64,000 nt of DNA, taken from positions 2,848,001 through 2,912,000 of the forward strand of contig CM000208.1 of assembly GCA_000002445.1 (NCBI GenBank), written 5' to 3'. The position numbers and the translations under genes are program-made. The DNA comes from Trypanosoma brucei. Lineage: Eukaryota. Positions 1 to 12,196 of the stretch are shown piece after piece. The first letter of the stretch is position 1. Each line of letters opens with the position of its first letter. Under the pieces are notes generated by a model. It was not told where the DNA came from. It worked only from the letters and a program-made list of their open reading frames with translations, and ran no database searches.

Positions 1-47
1 GATCAAGTGATTTTTGACTTCCACGCACCATCATTTAGAAGCGGCAC

Positions 48-84
48 TTTTCCCTTTTTTTTTTTGGTATTCCCTTCTTTTCAG
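48..84 (+). promoter_or_regulatory. Polypyrimidine tract (tttccctttttttttttggtattcccttcttttc) followed by AG, a candidate trans-splice acceptor for the downstream LYR-protein gene
   Basis: T/C-rich run read directly from the sequence, ending in cag about 300 nt upstream of the ATG at 388; placement is typical of kinetoplastid splice-acceptor signals (established knowledge). Confidence 0.4.
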
Positions 85-387
85 CCACACGCACGTTGTA
101 TTAATTCGAACTCTCCGTTAGTGATTGTGTTCGCCTTCTGTGTTTACCAGTTGAAGAAGTTGCTATATTTATTTATTGGTGTAAGTGCACTCCGCAGTGT
201 GCCCTTGGCGGTGTGCTACATATCGTGGGAGAGTTACGAAGGTCCGAAGAAAACATCTGGAAGGAGATCACAAAATAAAAAAAGGGGGGGAGGTCAAAAG
301 GAAGCTTGAAAGGTTAGTTCATTCTCCAGTTGCATCCGACGTAACGAGGGAAGAGAGGAGTGCTCACTTTTCTACTCTGTAATACCG

Positions 388-687
388 ATGACAAACACCG
401 TCAAACACTCAATGGCACGTCTACGCGCAAAGATGTTAGGTGCGGCAAAAATGTTCCCAGATTATAATTTCCGGCATTATTTTGTGCAACACGTTAAGGA
501 TCAGTTTGTGGCGATGGAAAAATGGGGTGTGGAGGAGCAACGCCGGTTTCTTAGGCAAGAGGGCGCAAAGAAACTGAGCGAAATGAGGCGTATGGCACTT
601 GTGAACCGTATGTACTCCTCCCAACCCGTGTTTCTGGACGAGCGGGCGGCTTCTAAACCTTCCGTGACGCAAGAAGAAGAAGAGTAA
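388..687 (+). CDS. ISD11: LYR-motif (Complex1_LYR) protein, ISD11/LYRM4-like Fe-S cluster assembly accessory factor
   Basis: 99-aa ORF with an ATG start. The segment ARLRAKMLGAAKMFPDYNFRHYFVQHVKDQF parallels ISD11/LYRM4 [31 protein letters not shown], and the C-terminal RRMALVNRMY parallels ISD11 RRQVHIGQLY. The comparison was made from memory of the ISD11 sequence. Confidence 0.7.
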   Translation: MTNTVKHSMARLRAKMLGAAKMFPDYNFRHYFVQHVKDQFVAMEKWGVEEQRRFLRQEGAKKLSEMRRMALVNRMYSSQPVFLDERAASKPSVTQEEEE

Positions 688-1588
688 CGGGATGTAATGA
701 CATTGTCGTGGTTGCATAAGGAATCGTCCGTTGATACCACTTAACTCTTACGGGGCGGCACAAAAATTGGCATGTTGCACTCCATTTCCGGGGGTGGGGG
801 GTGATTACACAATACATAAATGCTTGTTTTCATGCATTTGAAACCTTCAGCTGAGCGCGGTTCGGGCGTCGTGTTGCAGATTTCTTTTTTTTTTTTTTGT
901 ACCACATGACTGCCGCACTTTTCTCCCCGTCAGTCCCCAATTTCGTGTAATACAAAAACACTTATGCCTTAACCACAGTTACAGCAAGCGATGCACGTAG
1001 GAGTGAGATGTTGAAGTTGCCGTGTACATCATTGCATTCACCCGTGTATGGGTGTGACGGCGGCTTTGCAGGTCGTCAACTGGTTCTCACGCGGGTTGTC
1101 CATCTTTTTTTATCTTTTTGATTTAGTGCGATGACTGTGATTAGAACCTGGTCAAAAGGAAGGACTTAGCGGTAGTGTTCTGTACCGCATCGCTCTGACC
1201 ACAGATTCCTCCTCGTGGTACAAAGCGAATGAAAAACGAACGGAGTTACCTGTGGGGATTTCTTAATCTGTATCGTTTTATTCTTACTTTTTTGATTCCT
1301 TCATAATTCCTACTTTCCACCCTGTTTGTTGGCCCCGCATTCATACTTGGGCTAACGTTTGGGTGTTAATCCTTGCTTTTCTCCACACGAACTCACACAT
1401 GCGAGGAAAGAGCGCTAGGCGCAAGTAGACAAGCAATTCACACGAACATATATACATATATATATATATATATTTGTATATACTACATTCAACTGCAGTT
1501 GTTGCGACGGGGCGGCATAGTTTCTGGTAGTACTTTGCTCCCATCATTTGAGGGGACATAACCAAACACACGTGGCGCGTTCAGATAA

Positions 1589-2020
1589 ATGTTACTCGAT
1601 TTCATTTTCAGTCACCTGCGGGATATGGTTCTTTGGGTAGTTATTTTCTCACTCGCTGGTGCGGAACTGGAAAACTACAGCACGGTGATCAGCAATGTGG
1701 CATTCAGTGCACTACTGAGTTTCACTATGCCGATGCAGTTGGCGGAGCTGCGCTCAATGCTGCTGGAATTAGTATTGGGCCCGGACGACGATGGAAAAGT
1801 TGAACGAAATAAGGAAGCAGATGTGGAGGGAAGCCGCAAGTTGAAGGAGATGCTCATGCTCTTGGGTGCCATTATTCTTGGTGCAGTTGTTACGCAGTTG
1901 GATTGGGCGGTGTGGTTTCAGCGCTGGCCTCTCCCTTCTGTTGTGTTGTACTCCATTGTTCGTGCGCTGCTGTATTACTCCGGCAAGACACCAGAGAAGG
2001 TTGATGAAAAGGTGGAATAA
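1589..2020 (+). CDS. Hypothetical small hydrophobic protein (weak call)
   Basis: 143-aa ATG ORF on the coding strand of the unit; two or three hydrophobic segments; no recognisable motif. It could instead be UTR sequence. Confidence 0.3.
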   Translation: MLLDFIFSHLRDMVLWVVIFSLAGAELENYSTVISNVAFSALLSFTMPMQLAELRSMLLELVLGPDDDGKVERNKEADVEGSRKLKEMLMLLGAIILGAVVTQLDWAVWFQRWPLPSVVLYSIVRALLYYSGKTPEKVDEKVE

Positions 2021-2528
2021 ATACAACAGATAAATACGCATTGCGCATAATTTGCTTAAAAGAAATAGCGGTAACAGTAAAACGTACTTCTCTTTCATTT
2101 TAAAAAATAATAATGGGAAAGTCGGGAAGGGTGCGGTGGGGCGCAAAATTACAGTGAGATTTTCCTGTCATAATATTGATCTTGCATTTACTTCATTACG
2201 AGGTCCTTGGGTGCGCTGACTAACGTTACATGTGTTGTGTCGACGTCATTAATCGTCTTCATTGCCATCCATTTATTCTCCTTCCATTTCTACTCCGCGT
2301 CTACTCAGTTCGTAACTGAACCAATAGTTCGAGCACCGCGGAAGGAAACCACATACCGGATCCAAAGTTGTGGAGACCCAACTGCTCGGTGATCGAAGGT
2401 AATATTGAATGCTTTGCGTGCATAGTCAACCCGTGAGACGGACCACCAGCTTATAAGAACGAGTTGGGAGAGGGGGAGGATAGAGTAGTAGTATTACGGA
2501 GAAGAAGCAGTAACGCTGAAGCTTTTGA

Positions 2529-3698
2529 ATGTCTGTGTGTCCTCCACCATGGACTGGGATGACGGCGGAGGAGATTTCACAGAGGCTTGCGCTACTCACT
2601 TCGCAAACTATTTTACAGCATGACCTGAACCGTAGGTTCACACAACACGCGGTATTTTCAACTGGCTCAGAGGAACTTGACCGGTTGTTGCCCGACGGCG
2701 GGATGACGTGCGGGACAGTCCTGGAGGTGTTTGGTCCGCCATCAGGAGGGAAATCCCGCCTTGTGCGCCGCATGATATCTTCATTTGCGGCACAGGGTGC
2801 GTTAGAGTGGACGACTAGAGGGGTTGATGTGGGAATATGCGACGGCAGCCCATCGAAGGGACTGGAGGTACAGCAAGAATGTCTGAGGGCGAGAGCAGAG
2901 GAATGTTGCAGACCACGTGAGTGGTGTGTTTTCTACGTCTTGTCTGACCCGTCCTCTCTCAATCCCCGTCATTTGCGGGAAGAGCTCGAAAAAGCCCTCC
3001 AGCGTGCAATGTTGTGTGATGTGCACTGCGAGGGTGAGATTGAAAGGCTCCTCGATGACATCATAGGAAGGGTACAAGTGGTGAACTTCGCAACCCTAAA
3101 TGACCTTTTAAACTTCTTCCGTTTTCTGTACCACGAGGAGTATCCGTCGTCTATGCATCATGCTAACCAACGCCGCGCGTTGGTCGTTATCGACAGTGTT
3201 GCTCGCCTTTGGGATCACCCGACATGTGGAGCAACAAAGCATGCGCGGCACTGGGCGGCGGCTGAACTGGTGCGTGAGTTGCGCAATGTTATTATGCTTG
3301 GGAACGGTTGGCGTGGTGAGTATTGTGGTAACATTGACTCGCATCACTTAGATACCGAAGCTGGGAACGTTTTTTGTAGCGTCCAGGCTGCCAATGCGGG
3401 TACCTCTGTTGGTGGTAGTGTGGCGGTTGTTCTCGTTAACGGGTGCACGAACACGCGTTACTGCCACACCGTTGTTGGACCTTTGGGGGTGCCCTTGTGG
3501 TTGGCAGCTGCAGCGGATATTCGTCTTTTCATTGAACCCACATCAACTTCGGGTGATTATCCGCCCACTACCGGCGAGGATGACGATGGCATGTTATGCA
3601 CTCACCAATACGGGGCTGCAAAACACGTATTGGCGGTGCGTGTAGCGAAGGGCAGTGGTTCCTCGGTTCCCCGCGTGGGAAACATCTTTTTACCCTGA
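2529..3698 (+). CDS. RecA/RAD51-family ATPase (RAD51 paralog)
   Basis: 389-aa ORF. Walker A is GPPSGGKS, preceded by ELDRLLPDGGMTCGTVLEVFG (a RAD51/XRCC3-type context). A Walker B-like hydrophobic strand ends in Asp (ALVVIDSVARLW, compare RAD51 LLIVDSATALYR). Confidence 0.7.
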   Translation: MSVCPPPWTGMTAEEISQRLALLTSQTILQHDLNRRFTQHAVFSTGSEELDRLLPDGGMTCGTVLEVFGPPSGGKSRLVRRMISSFAAQGALEWTTRGVDVGICDGSPSKGLEVQQECLRARAEECCRPREWCVFYVLSDPSSLNPRHLREELEKALQRAMLCDVHCEGEIERLLDDIIGRVQVVNFATLNDLLNFFRFLYHEEYPSSMHHANQRRALVVIDSVARLWDHPTCGATKHARHWAAAELVRELRNVIMLGNGWRGEYCGNIDSHHLDTEAGNVFCSVQAANAGTSVGGSVAVVLVNGCTNTRYCHTVVGPLGVPLWLAAAADIRLFIEPTSTSGDYPPTTGEDDDGMLCTHQYGAAKHVLAVRVAKGSGSSVPRVGNIFLP

Positions 3699-3930
3699 TA
3701 AGGCGGTTTCCGTCTACATTTCTTTACAAATGTGTGCAGTTCCCTTCATCGTAGTACTGCAGCCAGTGGCGAAGCGCTAGTTTGATACACTGTGCTTTGT
3801 GTTTATTTCCTTGAAGCGATACTCTCGCAACTGTTGTTAAGGATTTTTATCACCTTTCTTGCGCGACCAACGATAGGTATTACTTTTTGAACAGCTGTTA
3901 GGTACTTTGGTGCGCAGGACGAAGCGAAGA

Positions 3931-3955
3931 AAAACAAACAAACAAACAAACAAAC
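3931..3955. repeat. (ACAA)n microsatellite
   Basis: aaaacaaacaaacaaacaaacaaac read directly. Confidence 0.8.
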
Positions 3956-4013
3956 TAGAACATAATTCCGTTAGACAACCGATAATTTGTAGTTACTTTC
4001 ATTTGTGGTTCTG

Positions 4014-4766
4014 ATGTTAACTATCCGTGTCGGTAACCTACCAGTTTGCCTTTGCTCAAACTTGCGCAACACGTTCAACCCGACTTATGCCTTCGGGGTT
4101 AAGAGGAATGACGGCACGGTGGCACTTCTCGACGGGAAAAGTGGCCACCTACTGCTCCCATTTGATGCGGAGGGGAACATTATCGTCACTCCTGGGGCGG
4201 ATTACCAACTTGTTTTCTTGTCCAACGATTCAACTTCATCCACTGTTCACACAACGCAGGGCCTGGGAAAAGGAGGCACAAACAAAACTAGTCATGATTT
4301 CGAGCTTACAAAGGCCCTTGCAAAGGATGGTTCAATTCACCGGGAGAAGAGGCGTTTAGACGATGGGCGAGCCACCAGTCGTGAGAGGTTTCACAAGGGA
4401 AATGCACACTACTCAGTGAGTGATTCTAAACCCACGAAGAGGCGTAAAAGAGATCATTCCGTAGACAAGGATGCAGTTGTCGAGGCCGAATTCGGTTCTC
4501 AATCGATTAATAAAAAGGAGAGGAGTGTTAAGGCATCTCGTAAAGACTCTAACAGGGAAGATTCTGACGATCCCGATGATATTCCGATATTCTGCACGTT
4601 AGCCGGAAAGCCAACTCCCGCACCCATTTCATCAAATCACACCCCAACAGTTTCTCCCGCTCCGAAGGAAGTTTACCTCGTTGATAATTTTGATCCCACC
4701 ACGAGACCGGCACATTCTGAGGAAGGGGCTCTCGATAGTTCCGCGACGGAGCTCATTTCTTCATAG
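4014..4766 (+). CDS. Hypothetical protein with a basic Lys/Arg/Ser-rich C-terminal half (possible nuclear protein)
   Basis: The track ORF 4005..4766 begins with GTG; the first ATG is 9 nt downstream (MLTIRVGNLP...). The C-terminal half carries runs such as KRRKRDHSVDKD and KKERSVKASRKDSNRED. No named domain was recognised. Confidence 0.45.
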   Translation: MLTIRVGNLPVCLCSNLRNTFNPTYAFGVKRNDGTVALLDGKSGHLLLPFDAEGNIIVTPGADYQLVFLSNDSTSSTVHTTQGLGKGGTNKTSHDFELTKALAKDGSIHREKRRLDDGRATSRERFHKGNAHYSVSDSKPTKRRKRDHSVDKDAVVEAEFGSQSINKKERSVKASRKDSNREDSDDPDDIPIFCTLAGKPTPAPISSNHTPTVSPAPKEVYLVDNFDPTTRPAHSEEGALDSSATELISS

Positions 4767-5588
4767 ACAAAAAAAAAAAGACCCGCCTCTCAAGCCAAAC
4801 GGTTGTGTTGGTTTTATTTTGTAAGTTGTGGTTGTCATAGTTGGGATATTGCGTTTTCAGGCGAGGTGGGTGATAAAGAAAAGGGGGAGATTTTGTAATT
4901 TCAAATAAAGTTTCGAGAGCGTTACGGGTGGTTAACATAGAAAGAAAAAAGAGGAGAGAATGAATGCACTACTAAAAAGAATCAGAAGTAAAAGAGCTAA
5001 AGCGCAAATGATAAAAGTCGCCCGTGTACAATCTGTTTTTTTTTTCCAAACGCAGAGGTGGAATATGGTAAGAGGATTTTTCTTTCCTTTTTTTTTTTCG
5101 TCTCGCGACTGCGACAACGGATCGATAATAAGATATGCGGAACTAGCAGTAGAGAAGGCAAATGTCGGAAGAAAAGTGAGAGTGTAAACAAAAAAAGAGG
5201 GCTTTTAAAAAAAAAGATAAAAATATAATAAACAAGGAAATGTAAAAAAAAAAAGAAAAAAACAAACAGAGGGAACAAAAGTGAACCTAAAGAAAAATTG
5301 AAAGGGAAATGTGACATTTTACAAGTTCCGAGTTCTGCATAGCAACAAATGCTCAAACTCCCTTCGGCATGCGCTCAAACATTCACGAATCGTTGTTACG
5401 TTTTTGCTGGCTTTCTCCCGTCGCTTTTTCATTTTGTTTAGTTATATTGTTGGTATTTCTTTTTTTTTTCTATAGCTATTTAGACTTTCTTATTATTGCG
5501 CGTTAGAAAGTTTTTTTTTTCCACCACCCAGACACATCTTTCGCTTTTCTTTTTCTTTTATTTATTTTACACCTTTTCATCAGATACG

Positions 5589-5612
5589 TATATATATATA
5601 TATATATATATA
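5589..5612. repeat. (TA)12 microsatellite
   Basis: Read directly from the sequence. Confidence 0.9.
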
Positions 5613-6128
5613 GTTCCCCGTTAATTTTCTTTTTCTTTTTTTGTTATTCGAAATAGTTATATGATAATGTGATATGCTTAAAATAAAAGAAAAAAAGTAG
5701 ATCCACAAATTTAAAATTTAATTTAACTATGATTGTCGTTTTTATCTTGTGTTGATAAAAACGGGGTCGGATGGTGTTTGCGTTTTTGTATATGCCGAAT
5801 AAAACTGCAGAATATATTTATATAAAATATTTATAGTAACAAATTAGCGACTTTTCATCTCACTTCCTCCGATTCTGTTCGCTTTTTTTCGCTGTCTCGT
5901 TATTTATTTACTCATTTACTTTTTTTTTCCTCTCTCCCCTCCCTCCCCTACCCCCTTTCGTATAAAAATATAAATATATTTATAAATGTGTTAGTCTCTG
6001 CGTTTCCTTTTATTACTTTCTCTGTTTTATTTTTCATCTTTCGATGTTTTGGCGTGCAGCTGTAGGTTTTGTGTTTTTTTTATTATCATTAAACTTAATC
6101 ACTATTCTTATTTTTGTATTTTCTTTTA

Positions 6129-6152
6129 ATATATATATATATATATATATAT
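6129..6152. repeat. (AT)12 microsatellite
   Basis: Read directly from the sequence. Confidence 0.9.
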
Positions 6153-8398
6153 GTTTTAGTTACTAGTGGCTTGCTTTTCTACGTTTCTTTTTGTTTTTTT
6201 TATTTATGAGTCGGGGCGAAGGAAGCGGTGCCTTTCCTTCATTTTACCTCTGAGTTATTAATTTTTTCCCCCCATTTTCCCCCTGCTCTCCGCCTGCCAT
6301 CAGGATCTGGTTTATTATTTTAATTTTCAGCACCATCATCACCGCTATTCCCTTCTTTTTTCTTTTTTTCCTTTTTTCTTTTGACATTTTGTCATATTTT
6401 TGTTGTTTTTGTTGTTTTTGTTGTTAAAAATATGATTTGGCTTTCATGTGTGTCGGCTTCGGTTTCGTAATGAATGCATTACAACATAACCTTCTTATTG
6501 CTTTTCATGCTGGCGTTTGTTTCATTTTGTTTCTTTTTTTTTATTTTTCCTGCGTCGACCTCAATATCCAACCGTCATGTTGCACCTGAGTGGTGGATGA
6601 GGAACAGGACGGTAACAAACAGATAAAAAATAAAAATTAAAATCAACTTCAAAACTTTGTTGAGTTCCCGTTGATGTTTATAAAAATGAATGATGATGAT
6701 GATAATAATAATAATGATAACAAATGCTGTCGCTCTTGTTGTTAATATAACCATTTTTGTTATTGTTAAATTGTTAAGAGGTCAACGATGAGGCAGTGGA
6801 TGATTTTTATTCATATGAACAAATTAAGTTGTTAAAAGTGGCGCCAATGGAAAGTGATTTGAAGGTGTGAAGTAAAGAAAAAGAGAAACAACAGCGGTAA
6901 TAAATACCATTTTTTTCTTTTAAAAAAAGAAAAAAAAAGGTACATACGACATCTGAAAAGGGGGAAGGCATAATCATGATATCAGTAATAATATTAATAT
7001 TACCAACAAGGCAAGAGGCAGGGAAACAAAGGGAGAGAAGGGAGAGGAGAAACATACAAAAGGAAAAAAAAGATAATAATAATAATAACAATAACAATCA
7101 CAATAATAATAATTATTATGTGATGTCTCCTCTTCCTCCTCCGCATTCTCCTTAAATGACACAACCCCTTTATAAAAGGGGGAAAAGAAAGAAAAGAAGA
7201 ATGGTAATTGTGTTTATGTATGTGTGTTTATGAGTTGGAGGGAGGGAGGGGAAAGCGGTATATCAAATGAATAAAATGACAAACCGAAACCGAGCCAAAA
7301 CGAAAGAGGAACGTAAAAAAAAAAGGAGGAGAAATGACAGTAAAGATATGGAGTGTAATAAAACTGAATAGAATGAAACAGAGAGCAAGGAAAAAGAAAA
7401 GGAAAGGAAAAAAGACAGATTGGTAAGGACGACATTTGTTTTGAGGAGCGGCAGTGGGAAATAGCGTGAAAAAGAGAAAAAGAAAAAAAGAAAAGGGAGC
7501 GAGGCGAGTGTTGAAGTGAAATACTGTGGGGTATTTTTGGACACCACGAATGAAACAAAAAGATATGTACACTCAAACATGAAAAAAAAAAGACAAATAC
7601 ATTAAATATGAGGAATACAGAATAGAAGAGATGAATAGAAGATGCGTACCCGGGTGCTCATGACTGGTACGACATTTACATGTTTTGTTTTGTCTTTTTT
7701 AAAATAAATAAATAAATATATATATATTCATGTGGTTGGAATGTATATGGAGTGATGTGGAGGTGTAGTGGTAGTTATGCAGATGGCGAATGCTCACTCG
7801 CAGCAACTGTAATTTGTCTTATGTTTTTACTTTGTTCCTCTTTCATCCTTTTAATTTTTTGGCGAATTCAAGAAGGTGAGGGCGAAGGGAAACAAACAGC
7901 AGGAAATGGGGTGAATTTTGTTGAAAGAAAAAAAAAGTGAATAAAAAGAAGGTAGTGATGCTTACCACTATATATCAGGTTCTTTGCGTCTGATTCAATA
8001 GAAGAAACGGAGAGAAAATTGTGTACAATGTATAATTGCTTTGCATTTTTTATACGCACGCGTGATAACTTGTAGTGCCTCCCCCCTATTCTCTTTTTTT
8101 CCTTTACAAACACAACTCTCTGAACTTAAAAGGGGAAGAGTAGAGACGGAAGCGAGTGCGGAGGCGGATGGTTTTAACATCTAAATACCGTTACTCATAT
8201 TACTTGTGTGAAAGACTTCGCTTTTTTTTTTTTTGTAAAAAATATTTCTCCACCTGAGTTGTAAGTCCATGATGGAACAACGCGTGAGGTGAAAGGAACA
8301 GAGAGGAAGAAAGATAGAGTGGCGGAAACGGACGGTCTTATGATTGTTTCTTTTCCGACGAGTCTTTCACATTAATTCAATCAAATATGCATAACTGA

Positions 8399-8466
8399 GT
8401 TCTCTCTCTTTTTTTTTCTTTTTTTCTTTACTTTTCTTAATTCTCCTTCTCCTCTTTCTTCCTTTA
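8399..8466 (+). promoter_or_regulatory. Long polypyrimidine tract upstream of the MAP kinase gene, a candidate trans-splice signal with AG near 8505
   Basis: ttctctctctttttttttctttttttctttacttttcttaattctccttctcctctttcttcc read directly; the next AG dinucleotides follow before the ATG at 8535. Confidence 0.45.
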
Positions 8467-8534
8467 CAAATTACTATTTTTCTTTGTTTTTGCATGCATT
8501 TCACAGGGATAGGATTACGCTTTAATTATTAATC

Positions 8535-9776
8535 ATGAACCGTAGTTCGAGGAACCTTGCAGAGATGCAGGATGAGATCAACCAGTTGGACGACCGTTAC
8601 AAACTTGAAAAGATAATTGGTGCGGGATCCTATGGTGTCGTCATCCGCGCGAGGGATACCACAACAAACGACCTAGTGGCCATTAAACGCGTCAATAAGG
8701 AAATATTCGAGGAAATAATCCTTGCAAAACGTATTCTTCGCGAAATCAAGCTGTTGGCACACTTTCACCACGATAATATCATTGGACTCCGTAACCTCAT
8801 CACCCCGGCCGACCGCGACAACTATGATTACTTTTATATTGTCATGGATGTAATGGAGACCGACCTGAAGCAAGTGCTCCGAACTGGCCAAAGTCTCACG
8901 GAAGGTCACATACAATATTTCATTTATCAAATCTTACATGCCCTAAACTTCATCCATTCTTCAGGTGTTATTCATCGAGACATCACCCCGGCCAACATTT
9001 TAGTCAATAAAAATTGTGATTTGAAGATATGCGACTTCGGACTTTCCAAAGAGGAGAGTGATCAAGGGGAGCACATGACAGATTATGTTACCATGCGTTG
9101 GTACCGTGCACCGGAGCTGGTGATGGAAGATAAGAGGTATTCCGCACAAATTGATGTGTGGGGAGTTGGAAGTATTCTTGGTGAGTTGCTGGGCGCCCGA
9201 CCCCTGTTTCAGGGAAAAGACCGTGTGAACCAACTGGACAAAATCATTGATGTTATCGGAACTCCATCTGAAGAGGATATAAATTCCATCGGGTCCACTG
9301 CGGCGCAGAAGTATTTAAAAAAGAAGTCATTTCGTCCTGCACCCGATTGGGCCTCCGTATATCCCAGAGCGAGTCCAGAGGCGCTGGACTTATTGCGGCG
9401 GATGTTGGTGTTCCATCCAGACAAGCGCATAACTGTCGCTGAAGCATTAAAACATCCCTTCCTTAGGGATCTGTACGAGGAATCCGATGTACAGGTTAGT
9501 ATCCAGCACTTTAACTTTGATGAAACACAACATAAAACAATTCAGGAGGTAAAGTGGGCGGTGTATGATGAGAGTGTGGCATTTCACAAAAACCACCCCC
9601 GGACAGCACCTAGGCCACAACAACAACAACATTCTGCGCAACAACCCGCCGCTGCTGCATCTCTTCCAACTGTTGATATCGCTGGAGAGTGGCGGTCAGC
9701 GCAACAAACAATTGAGCGGGGCGAGGAGGAATGTGGTGCGGAGCAGTTCGACAAATATGTGGGTTCCGTTGAGTGA
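8535..9776 (+). CDS. Mitogen-activated protein kinase (TDY activation-loop type) with a Gln-rich C-terminal extension
   Basis: 413 aa. Gly-loop GAGSYGVV; VAIK-like VAIKRV; catalytic loop HRDITPANIL; DFG motif; activation-loop T-D-Y in HMTDYVTMRWYRAPE; MAPK-typical GTPSEEDI segment and a CD-domain-like C-terminal region. Confidence 0.9.
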   Translation: MNRSSRNLAEMQDEINQLDDRYKLEKIIGAGSYGVVIRARDTTTNDLVAIKRVNKEIFEEIILAKRILREIKLLAHFHHDNIIGLRNLITPADRDNYDYFYIVMDVMETDLKQVLRTGQSLTEGHIQYFIYQILHALNFIHSSGVIHRDITPANILVNKNCDLKICDFGLSKEESDQGEHMTDYVTMRWYRAPELVMEDKRYSAQIDVWGVGSILGELLGARPLFQGKDRVNQLDKIIDVIGTPSEEDINSIGSTAAQKYLKKKSFRPAPDWASVYPRASPEALDLLRRMLVFHPDKRITVAEALKHPFLRDLYEESDVQVSIQHFNFDETQHKTIQEVKWAVYDESVAFHKNHPRTAPRPQQQQHSAQQPAAAASLPTVDIAGEWRSAQQTIERGEEECGAEQFDKYVGSVE

Positions 9777-9888
9777 TCAAATTCAGTTGTTAAAAGGGCG
9801 TCTGCGAAAAAAAGAAAATAATAATAATAATAGGAAAATGAAATAAACAAAACAAAACAAAAATAACGAACAAGAAAAAGGAAAGGAA

Positions 9889-9906
9889 GGAGGAGGAGGA
9901 GGAGGA
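9889..9906. repeat. (GGA)n microsatellite
   Basis: ggaggaggaggaggagga read directly. Confidence 0.8.
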
Positions 9907-10655
9907 AAGCTGCAAGAGTGGGTATAAGCACGTGCATGTATGCGTTTGTACGTTTTTTTAAAATTTCGTTTTGTCTCAGGGAAGAGCAGCTTTAATGGGA
10001 TTTCCTCGGCCTGCTTAGCTGATGCTGCGGCGGCCGTATTACGTGAAGGGATGCTAGAAATATGATATAATACGAAGGCCGAGAGGTATATATTGCGTGC
10101 GATGGAATAAAGTGAAGAGAAAGTTGTTGGAGGTGACGGTGCAAAAATTCAAAGCTATCAAATAAAGACTCATCGGGTAAATGGGAAATAAAAACTTAAA
10201 CGAAGAGAAACAAAAGAAAAAAGGGTGGAGGGGAACGTAAATAAGAAACAGATAAGCAGCAACTGACAAAAATATGAAGGTAGGGGTGGTGCGAAAAGAA
10301 AGGAAAAATTTGCCCGTGTGTGTGTGTATGTGTTTAAAGGAACGGGGGTCAAAAGTAAAATAAATCGAATGAATAATTGGGGGAAAAAAGGAAAGGAGAG
10401 GTTAAATGAAACAAAAGGAAGGAAATATGAGCATATGGCTACAAGTATATGATTCTGTCGGTGGAATGAGATGGTTAAGAGGAGTAGAGGAAATAGGGAT
10501 TCTACGGAAAAGTGAGTTGATGGAACGTATGGTAAAGGACTGCGGTGGGTTTCGTATGGTTTTACTTATGAAAAGAAAGTCATTTTACCCTCCTCCTGCT
10601 GTCCCCGACTTGTGTTTGTTGGTTTTGTTTTGTTTTGTTTTGCTCCGATATTTCA

Positions 10656-10685
10656 TTCCCTTCCCTTCCCTTCCCTTCCCTTCCC
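10656..10685. repeat. (TTCCC)6 pentanucleotide repeat
   Basis: ttcccttcccttcccttcccttcccttccc read directly. Confidence 0.9.
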
Positions 10686-12196
10686 CTCCTAATCTATACG
10701 AATTTAGAGGGTGAGCGTTCGGTGTTTGAGGACGTCATGCCACTCACGGATGAATTCTCATGCTCATTTCTTGTGTGTGCGTGGGAAAAGGGCAGGGTAA
10801 AGGAGGAATTACTTATTTATTGTATTATTTTTTTTTAAAAAAGGAGAGGAATAGGAAATGGGAAGGTGTGCAGTGAATGGCTCAAGGTGATGAGATAGAA
10901 TATGATGGTTACCGTGGGTGCTTTTTTTTTTTGTTGATTCGTTGGTTGGTTGTTTGATTTATATGTTTCTATACTTATATGTGTGTGCTTGTAGCACCTT
11001 CATATTCTGACGTTACATACGCATATTTGATATTTCTTCTTATATTTACTTACATATGTATAGTCCTAAAAATTCTTTAAGCAGCGCCAGCAACAAAAAG
11101 AATGCTTGACTTCCATCACACATTTTTTCTTTCTTTTTTTCTTTTTTTTTTTCTGTTTATGCTTCCATCATTTTTACCATTTTCCCCGTTCCTCAATTGT
11201 CGCCGACATTATTATGGTTCCTTTTCATTCTTTTCCCATGTTTGTTTACATTCCCCTTCTCTGGGTTAAGGAATGCTTGGCGCGTGTATTTCAAATAAAC
11301 AGCATGAAGCTACTTGCCTTCCGTGACTGCCTAGCGTTCTTCCGTCGCTTCGTTTTGTTTGTGTTTTTTTTTCTTTTTTCCTTCTAGGTATTTAATTTCT
11401 TTTTTCCTTCTTATCTTCCATTCGGTATTTTACATGTTGGTGTTATTATGACGAGGCTTGCTTAGGTATGTTGCTCCCGTTGCGTTGTGGTGCTCCTTTT
11501 TTTTTTTTTACTTTTTGGTCACTTTTAATTCCTACGTGGCTCTCTGTGCGGACGTGGTGTACAACCTTTCCTACACGTACAAATATACAAATATGCGCAC
11601 ACTTACATACGCGGGTACGTATATACGTACATCTACATATGTATTGGTTTTGTGTTCAAATTAACATGTGTCGTTGCTACCATCGCTCTTTTTTTTCTTT
11701 GTTATTAATATTAATATTGATATTAATATTATTTATATTGCTGGGAATAGCATTACTATTTTTCTTTCTTTCGTTAACTATCTCCCCCCTTTCCGAATTC
11801 GTTTCTTCTTTTTTAAAAAAATTCTTTACCACCCAACCCAATTTCTTTATTTTTCCACCGTCGCACAGTTGGAATGAATGAATATCGGAGACAATTGAGG
11901 GTAAAGAGAAACTCAAAAGGAAAAGAGAAAGAGGGATAAAGGAAATGACGGGAACAAAAACAAAAAATAAAATGAAAACTAGAATTACATTTCTCCTCAT
12001 CTTCCTTCCCTCCCTCCCATATATACACACATATGCACACACTTCTGATATCGAAACGGGGAAAATGAAGGGGAAAAATAACAGTCACATGATTGGATGG
12101 GTGTGTAGTCGACGGTGGGTGCGGGACCCCTCCGGAAACTGCGAATTGTGGAAAGAGAATCGGGTGCCAAACGTCGGCAATATTTTGCAGCACTTC

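Noticed and set aside
1140-1200. Looked for tRNA genes, 5S rRNA genes or SL RNA genes in GC-richer islands of the spacers
   Set aside because: No T-loop (GTTCGAATC-like) or A-box/B-box pattern was recognised by eye; this cannot be excluded without tRNAscan/Infernal.
4027-4359. 110-aa plus-strand ORF overlapping the 4014-4766 CDS in another frame
   Set aside because: It is an alternative-frame overlap; the longer frame has the more protein-like composition.
7214-7580. Three overlapping minus-strand ORFs (105-120 aa)
   Set aside because: They lie in a purine-rich low-complexity spacer and translate to F/L/S-rich nonsense.
10656-10685. Considered whether (TTCCC)6 and other short periodic repeats could be a CRISPR-like array
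   Set aside because: The period is 5 nt with no spacers; these are simple microsatellites in a eukaryotic context.
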